Positions 54,900 through 62,420 of a stretch of 62,420 nucleotides of DNA are shown piece by piece; positions within the stretch are counted from its first letter, which is position 1, and each line of letters begins with the position of its first letter. The stretch is from Octopus bimaculoides (Eukaryota), in contig NC_069001.1 of the NCBI RefSeq assembly GCF_001194135.2, positions 25,518,260 through 25,580,679 of the forward strand, in the 5' to 3' direction. Below the pieces are notes generated by a model. The model was not told the DNA's origin. It did no database searches and saw only the letters and a program-made list of their open reading frames with translations. The position numbers were made by a program, and so were the translations under genes.

Positions 54900-55426
54900 C
54901 AGAATGACGGTCAAAGTAGAATATATACAAAACGGTTATTAAATCTACTAACTTTGATCTTTGAAATAGGTTCCTCATAATTTAAGAAATTCAAGCATAA
55001 AGAAATTTAAGAATCTCATAAGTTAAGCAAGGTTAATCTATTTCTATCAAAGTTAGTTAAAACTTTCACTAATTTGACTACATAACATAGACTCCTGAAT
55101 TGTGAATGTAACTTCAACGCAAATTGAGATGCCTGCTTCTAATTGACATGCTGATACGAGACTCTTCTTAGCCATTGCTACACAGGCTGAAATAACCAGC
55201 TATACAACTTTAATAACTCCAAGCATCTGTCTTGAGGTTGGAAGGTTGACATGAATACTGCAACATTTGTTGAAACTTATTGGATGGCTGGTTTCATTCA
55301 GTCACATGTCTGCTCGATTGGGCACAATCTGGAACCGTTTGGCAAAAATAATCGCATTAACCTCGTCATACATCAGTAACAATGTATGCATAAGTAGACA
55401 TCGCGGCGGTGATAGTTTTTATTGCT

Positions 55427-55671
55427 AGCAGTGGTGGAGGTGATTGATGGTGGTTGTGGTGGTGTCGGCGGTGGTTGTGGTGCTGGTGGTGGTAGTGTTG
55501 TTGTTGTTGGTGGTGAAGTTTAATGTTCTTTTCGTCTTCAATATTTCTACATCATCTTCGCCGCCACCACAGTTCTTGAAATCGCCGCCGCTGCGACCGT
55601 CACCACCAACCCACACACCAGTAGCAGCACCACCACCATCACCAGCATTTCCTTTTGTCTTCATTTAAGAA
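55427..55671. repeat. Foldback low-complexity unit, copy 1
   Basis: GGT/GTT-rich arm, core gaagtttaatgttcttttcgtcttcaatatttctacatcatcttcgcc, ACC-rich arm, end ttttgtcttcatttaagaa. Confidence 0.8.
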
Positions 55672-55860
55672 TCAACACGAATCAACAGCACAAATCTCGA
55701 CGACTCGTTTCCATCTACATTATGATTATAAGTTGAAATTAACGAAAGTAATCTTCTTAGCAGGTTGATCTTACCTAAATATATATTAATAACCTTATTG
55801 TGTCTTTGTAATATGCTTATAAATTTTCTCGAGATGTTAATTTAATCTACAAATCTTTTA

Positions 55861-56270
55861 TCATTTATCTTTTATTTGTGTCAATCATTGCACTGCGGTC
55901 ATGCTGGGGCAACGAATTAACGGATTTATATCGAACTAATCAACAAAGGTACTTATTTTTCAAAGGCAGGCAGTTTTTCTATCGATCTATATTTGCTGAA
56001 CTACTAATTCGTGGAGACGTAAACAAACCAACACCCGTTTCCAAGCAGTGTATTATGGACAAACACAGTCAGATAGTCATGTAAACACACATCCATATAC
56101 GGTTATATCTACGGCTGGATTCTTTCAGTTTCTGTCTACAAAATCCACTCACAACGGTTCGGTCGGCCCGCTTTTATAGTAGAAGAAACTTGCTGTAGTT
56201 ACCACACCGTAAGGACTGGAGGGAACTGAAATGGAAACCATGCGGTTGGGAAACAAACTTCTAACCACAA
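55861..56270 (-). mobile_element. SINE family C, near full length, diverged
   Basis: Minus strand: tgtggttagaagtttgtttcccaaccgcatgg…caagtttcttctactata…tgtgagtggattttgtagacagaaactgaaaga…ccccagcatgaccgcagtgcaatgattgacacaaataaaaga. Confidence 0.82.
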
Positions 56271-56357
56271 AATATCTGCTATATATCCTGGAAACATCTA
56301 AATGAGCAATAGGTTACTATCGTTGTACTGCACGTTTTTAATATATTGTTTAGATAT

Positions 56358-56573
56358 GACGGCGAGTTGGCAGAAACGTTAGCAAGCCGGGCGAAATGCT
56401 TAGCAGTATTTCGTCTGTATTTACGTTCTGTGTTCAAATTCGCCCGAGGTCGACTTTACCTTTCATCCTTTCGGGGTCGATAAATTAAGAATTAATTTCG
56501 TACTGGGGTTGATTTAATCAACTGGTCCCAGCCCAAAATTTTGGGACGTGTGCCTAGCGTAGAAAAGAATATA
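56358..56573 (+). mobile_element. SINE family A, full length (best-preserved copy)
   Basis: gacggcgagttggcagaaacgttagc (A-box region), gtgttcaaattc (B-box-like), cctttcatcctttcggggtcgataaatt central domain (resembles the recalled Meta domain), tail gtgcctagcgtagaaaagaat. Confidence 0.93.
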
Positions 56574-56649
56574 TTGTCTGGAAATTTTACACATGAATAG
56601 CTGTTACTTAAATAGATGACATTTAGTTATTTAAACAAAATTGTCGCTG

Positions 56650-56775
56650 AAATTGACTTTGCTTTGCGAGGACGATAAGATAAATACGAGTTGTGTAATT
56701 AATGCCGTCGATGAAATCGCCTACACGCCTCCCAACAAATTTCAGGACCTTTGTTTTTTAGTAGAAAGTATTATT
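56650..56775 (+). mobile_element. SINE family A, 3' fragment
   Basis: aaattgactttgcttt…gataagataaatac…gtcgatgaaatcg…aaatttcaggacctttg…agtagaaag. Confidence 0.6.
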
Positions 56776-56814
56776 TAATCAAAAGATGTAATGTGTAATT
56801 TCGAACTCAGCCAA

Positions 56815-57078
56815 TCCTACATTATTTACACTTGACAGATATTTGTTCTCATCTTGTTTGGTGTTAATACAACGTTTCGGCTGATATACCCTCCAGCCTT
56901 CATCAGGTGTCATGGGGAAATTTCGAACCTGTGTTCTCATTCTTCAGGTATTTTTCGATATCATTATTATTAATATTATTATCATCATTATCATCATTAT
57001 TGTTGAGGTCACTGTTTGGTATCGAACTCGGAATCTTGGGGTTAGTAACCCGCGCTCTGAAACACTACGCCATATGCC
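56815..57078 (-). mobile_element. tRNA-headed SINE carrying a hammerhead-ribozyme (Penelope pLTR-like) 3' domain
   Basis: Minus strand: head ggcatatggcgtagtg (A-box, 57072-57063) … gagttcgatacc (B-box, 57029-57018), (AAT/GAT)n linker, then gaaatttccccatgacaccTGATGAaggctggagggtatatcagccGAAAcgttgtatta… and tail …gtaaataatgtagga. Confidence 0.85.
56865..56912 (-). ncRNA. Minimal type I hammerhead ribozyme
   Basis: CUGAUGA 56906-56900, one extra A, stem II GGCUG/CAGCC with a 10-nt loop, GAAA 56878-56875, palindromic stem III ACGU, GUU triplet (cleavage between 56871 and 56870), stem I ugacac/guauua with one mismatch and one G.U pair. Confidence 0.85.
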
Positions 57079-58231
57079 TGTGGGCCAATCCTATTACAAT
57101 CAACATTAAATTTGTGGGCAGAGGTAGCCATATTGAGCACTGGGTTTACCTATCTGGCTATTTAGAAAAATTGTATATGCACTGCGTTTTAGGATTCTAA
57201 AGATTACATCGTGAATTTCTACCCATTCTGAAAGATTTTATTTCAAGCATATAGACAGCGTCTCGTTTCCACTATGCGTTGCAATTCCTCACATAGATGT
57301 TTCCCGATGTTTACGTTTCATTTAAGTTTTCTCAGGCAACTGTGTTTGATGTTTGAAGAGTTTCGATTTCCCCATTATAAGACCGTCTGCAGAAGCAGCG
57401 TGTTTTATATGTGTAGTTTTTATGCTCTAGTCATACATGGTTATTCTTAATTTCGATATGCAATCTGTGAAGTGTAGCCTTGATTTTGAATACTATTGGT
57501 GTTATACGATTTGTAGAATTACATCGGAGAAAAAAAAAATTTGAAAGCAATAAACTCTTGCCTCTGGGGGTCGATACACTCTCAAATTTGCTCAACCTCT
57601 CTTTTGTCCTTCATAATAGCCGTGATCCTTACATAATGCGCCGTGAATATGCTATTCAAACCTATTCTGTCGCCTATATCTCATTACCCTTACGAAATTA
57701 ACCCGCAGGAAACTTCCATTTCAGCATCGAGAATGAAATGGAAAGGGAAAACAAATAAGAATAAGAATCAGAAAAATAATAAAAGCCTAAGACATTAAAA
57801 GTAAATAAAAAAAAATGCTGAAGAAAACTCTGCTTTTGCATTAAGATGCATAGGAAATTTCGAAGGAAAAAGAAAAAAATGTATTATATCAAGAATATAA
57901 ATTCTATTTAACAGAATTGGTTGGAAATCTACGAAATTAGGGAAAGTATTTATAAAAATGAGAGAGAGAAAAAGAGTGAGAGAGAGAACTAATTCCGAAC
58001 TTTCTTGTCTGGCCTGGATTTGCCTGTAAACGAACTATGGCTAAGAAAGGGAAGATGAAGGCAAAAAGCAAGGAAAGGAAAACAAGCCAGAAATACGTAT
58101 GCATGTATATATGTATGCATAATCTGAAAATTATAGTAACGTTTGCCAAAGATATAATGAACGATAATAATAATAAAAGAAAAACTTTTATGTAAGACGT
58201 AGAAAAAAAAAAGAAAAGGTATATATATATA

Positions 58232-58288
<57 letters not shown>

Positions 58289-58579
58289 ATAAATCTATAT
58301 AAAACGTAAAGGCAGGAAAGAAATAAGTAGCTAGATGTATTAGTTACATAGAGTTTAGACGTGTGGATGGAATAGATCTCTATCTTTTCTACGACCTTAA
58401 AGACTGGCGGCGTATATAACCAATTTTGTTTCATCTTTTAGAATCGTATGAAAATGATAGGTAGGTAGTTGTTGAAAGATGCCCTTTTGCTGACTTCTCT
58501 CTACCATTTAGCTACCTCCTCTCCGTTTCTACAGCGGCATTGCAGTTTCTCTTGTACTTCTGGTTCGCTTTGTAGATGA

Positions 58580-58953
58580 TTTGTTCTTTGCTGTTGCTCT
58601 TGTTGTTGTTGTCGGTGGTAGTGGTGGTGCGGCAGCGGCGACGGTTTTTCTTCTTTCTAGAATTGGTGAAGATGCTGGTAGTGGTGTTGGTGGCGGCGGC
58701 AGTAGTACCAGTGTTGTTGGTGGCGGTGGTGGCGGCGGCGGCGGTGAAGGTTACTGTTCTTTTAGTCTTCAACATTTCTACATTATCCTCGCCACCATCA
58801 CCGTTCCCGAAACCACCATCACCACCACAACCAAAACCACCACCACCACCATCAGCACCAGTACCACCAGCACTACCACCACCACCACCACCACCACCGC
58901 CACCATCATGATCATCTCGAACGCCAACATGTTCTTTTGTCTTCATTTAAGAA
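58580..58953. repeat. Foldback low-complexity unit, copy 2
   Basis: GGT/GGC-rich arm, core gaaggttactgttcttttagtcttcaacatttctacattatcctcgcc (58746-58793), (ACC)n arm, end tgttcttttgtcttcatttaagaa. Confidence 0.8.
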
Positions 58954-58959
58954 GCAAAA

Positions 58960-59220
58960 TCAGCAACAAAAATACCAACGCAGCAGCAGCAGCAATTGGA
59001 CTAATGGTTAGAAGAGCAGCAGCATTAGTACTAATAGTAGTAGTACCAACAGCAACAACAGTAATAGTGATATTACCACCAGGAAGAGTAATGCAGCAGC
59101 AACAGCTGTAGTGGTAGTAATACTAGTAGTCATAGCAGGAACACTAGTAACAGTATTAGCAGTAGTAGTAGTGGTGGTGCTGGTGCTGGTAGTAGTAGTA
59201 GTAGTAGTAGTAGTAATATG
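58960..59220. repeat. Compound (GCA)/(GTA)n trinucleotide microsatellite
   Basis: Direct reading: gcagcagcagca … gtagtagtagtagt. Confidence 0.9.
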
Positions 59221-61795
59221 TGTGTATATTAATTCCTCAGCATACATCAACCTATTTCTTTCTTTCTTGTATATTGCTTTATTTTCCAGAATATTTTCCT
59301 ATCAGCTCCAGTTACTCTTTCAATGGTGGACGCCTGTTATTTCTGTTGTGGTTTAATAAAACCCAGATATAGAAGTATAAACATGTTATCAATGTCTATA
59401 ATTGTCAAACTCTCTATCTACACCTGTCTCCCCGCCTCTCTCACTGAGCGCGCGTGTTTTTGTGTTATGTTGTGGGATAGTTATAGTGGTAGAGGGCTTC
59501 CGAACGATATTTACGATAGACTTAAACGGGCTGATTGGATAATTATTGCGGAAAAGGTAAAGATATAATCTTCTTAAATTGGTTTGCCTCCAAGGGAAGT
59601 GCGGCAGTTGTTTGCATGAAGTCGCTGTTTCGTGTGTGAAACACATAGTGCAAATATATACTAGAGGCATTACCAGTAATATTATTGGGTGCATCTCTGT
59701 GTGGTTAAGGATATTACTTTTTCCGTTGACATGTGATAGTCTAGAATTTGAATACGGAGCGAGTGAGTTTTGTTTATTATTATTATCAGCGAATCAAGAA
59801 ATGTCCTCCAACTCTTATTGGACAAAGGTAGAGTGCGCTATATGCAACATTCAATGGGCGAATTAGATGGAGATTTTTAGTGCGGTGCAAACTGGGGTAT
59901 ATAGTGCAGCCTCCTGCAAAAAAAAAACCGTTGCTCATGACACAGGATAAAAAGGACAGGCTGGACGTAGTAATGCACGGCATGAGAGAGAAGATAAGAA
60001 AAAAAGGTAACAAAAGTAAATAGTTCGAAATTCAACTGGTGTAGGTACTATGAAACGATTTGGAAGAGAGATGCGACCCGTGGAACGAACTAGTTTGATA
60101 TTAAACAGAATCGATTTGCATGTTGCTCCTTTACACCATTTATGTGAATTTTCAAGAACTGGGAAGTGCCATAGATGAGTTGTGCACGTTTTGAAACATG
60201 TAGTTTATTGTTAGAAATACAACGAAGTTCACAGTAAGTGGAGGACCCGTTTTGTTGGTTACTTTAAATGAATGAAGATAATGGAAGTAAAAAGAAAAAA
60301 TGAAAATTTTGAATCTAGGGTCATTACAGAGAGAAAATACGAGAATGTTTCCTCTGCTTTATATTTCTTTGGACATTAGCAATTGCAGGGGATTGTGTGG
60401 TGTGAAAGGATGAGAAAGTGCAGCTGACGAAGGTAGCAGAAACGGTGATGATGGACATGAAACCTGATCATTTTCGTTTGTCAAAATCTGTTCAATGTCT
60501 GCTACCAAGTTGGCCGAGGTGTAGGAGTCAAGGTTAGCACATAAAGGATGCAAGAAAGAATGCAGATTTGCTGGCAGACTGTAAGGGAAATTGACGGAAA
60601 GCAAAATTGCATTGAAACCGAAAGAGTACAGGGGTTGTGAATATATTGCCACCAACCGATAGATTCTAGTTTTGAGCAAGTTTGAAAGTGAAGTGGGTAA
60701 ATATGGAGATAAATATATACCTTATCTAAATTGGATTCATCTCAGGATAGGGCAAATTTTGAAAATAACACTGAGGCAAGTATTCAGTAGAGGATCCTAA
60801 TGCAGTACCGAGAATCCAAGGGTGGGGGCACCGTCCAGCACATCGATGAGGTATAATGTACTGCTAAGTTCTGCCGCCATTCTTAATCGACTACCTCTTT
60901 GTCACTGCTCCACATGTACCAATATAAAAATGTGTGCGCGGGTGTACGTCTGTTTACCTTATTTACTGCAAAAAAAACAATGGTGTTGTTCGTAACAATC
61001 CCTTTCTATTTCCTCTCTTCCTTTCTGACTTATTCTTTGACCATTTCCTGGTTCAACATTTATTTCTATAGTGCTATACCTCCATACCTGTGTCTTACAT
61101 ATGTTAGTGCTTATCTATTTCTTTTCCATTCTTCTCTACTTCACCCTCTTAGTGAACTTCAATTTTATTCCCCAACACTAAACGCATACACACATACACA
61201 GACACACTTGTACTCACAAACACATACACACACTTATATGTGGCCACAACCATTGAGTAGAAAGTAATAAAAGAATAAACGAGGAAGAATATGAACATTT
61301 ATACGTACATACATCATACGTACATACACAGATATGTAAATATTTATGTATTTATGCGTGCCTGTCTGTCTGTAAGTGTGTATAGTTCACTGATTCTCTC
61401 TATACATTGTACTCTGACTTTCGTATTTGACCTGAAGATTGCATCTAAGAATCCAGCTACATTTATCGAATTTAAATGAAGAAGAGTAAAAGCAAATGTG
61501 GTATAGGAAACATTTGCAGTAAATTAATAAGAAAATAATAATAATTGAAAGTGAATAACATAAAGCGAATGAAAAAGCAAGAAAGAAAGGAAGCAGTTAG
61601 TTATGTACATTAACATTGTCGGTAAATATCTGTTGTATCTAAAAAGTGAATAAGAAAAAAAAAACACATTATGTTTCTCTATGAATCAATGTAGTCTTAG
61701 GAGAGCAACTAAATTGAACTAGTTAAAGTATGAAATACAATGGAATGATTTTAAAGACGTCGATCTATCTAAGCTAACTATATACATAAATATAC

Positions 61796-61864
<69 letters not shown>

Positions 61865-62360
61865 TATATCTGCATAATATATATATCTTTATATGTATAT
61901 GTACACGTACATATATATTATGTATATGAATATGTACGTATATATATGAGTGTGTGTATGTATGCTTAAGTGTTTATATATGCGAATGCTTATGCATTCG
62001 TGTTCACACACGATTTTATGTATGGTATTGTGAGGAGGGTATACTTGTATACTCAGGCGTATGGACATCAATTGGGTGGGACGGTGATTCAGAATTCAAA
62101 CAGCAATCCTTAAGTAGGTAGATGCAACAAAATATGAAGTTGTAAATACATATTGGCACAAATGGAATATGGAACAGGACTTTTTTAACTTCAATAACTA
62201 TGAATTTGCCTGCTCACCTCACTGTGAGTGCCAATGAACGTTTGCACGAGAGGAAGGAGAACAGTACATTTTCAGTGTACATTTTAAACGTAATCATTAT
62301 CCTTCTTGCACACGCGTACATAATCAGACACACACGCACTCACACACTCACTCACACACG

Positions 62361-62420
<60 letters not shown>

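Noticed and set aside
57005-57078. Possible tRNA gene
   Set aside because: No acceptor-stem closure or complete cloverleaf, and it continues into a SINE body. The same applies to heads at 27726, 44487 and 56358.
55425-58946. Paralogous minus-strand ORFs MKTK…ED(D/N)VE(I/M)LKTKRT as a Gly/Thr-rich protein family
   Set aside because: In the 16-codon shared core, 4 of 6 differences are non-synonymous. The rest is trinucleotide repeat that is open in several frames, so there is no evidence of coding constraint. Kept as a non-coding foldback finding.
562-62071. Dozens of ORFs rich in YI/HT/CV/SL dipeptides or X runs
   Set aside because: They are translations of (TA)n, (CA)n and (GA)n microsatellites and N-gaps, with no protein signal.

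Overview
AT-rich eukaryotic DNA, dense in microsatellites ((TA)n, (CA)n, (GA)n, (GATA)n, trinucleotides) and broken by about 14 N-gaps. The repeat content points to a coleoid cephalopod, most likely Octopus (inference). I find no intact protein-coding gene or structural RNA gene, and almost all listed ORFs are microsatellite or gap artefacts, so this reads as intron or intergenic DNA. Supported features are several tRNA-derived SINE families (about 25 copies), decayed non-LTR retrotransposon pieces (R4/Dong-like RT, RTE C-terminus, Penelope-like element), a Tc1/mariner transposase remnant, a mariner MITE and two short Helitrons. The most interesting signals are three. (1) A tRNA-headed SINE at 56815-57078 (minus) carries a near-intact minimal type I hammerhead ribozyme with a palindromic, dimer-type stem III. 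(2) A Penelope remnant with an inverted 5' part carries a second, degenerate hammerhead at 45524-46060. (3) A foldback unit occurs twice (55427-55671, 58580-58953), with complementary GGT/ACC arms around a conserved loop. All family names come from recalled consensus motifs, not database searches.
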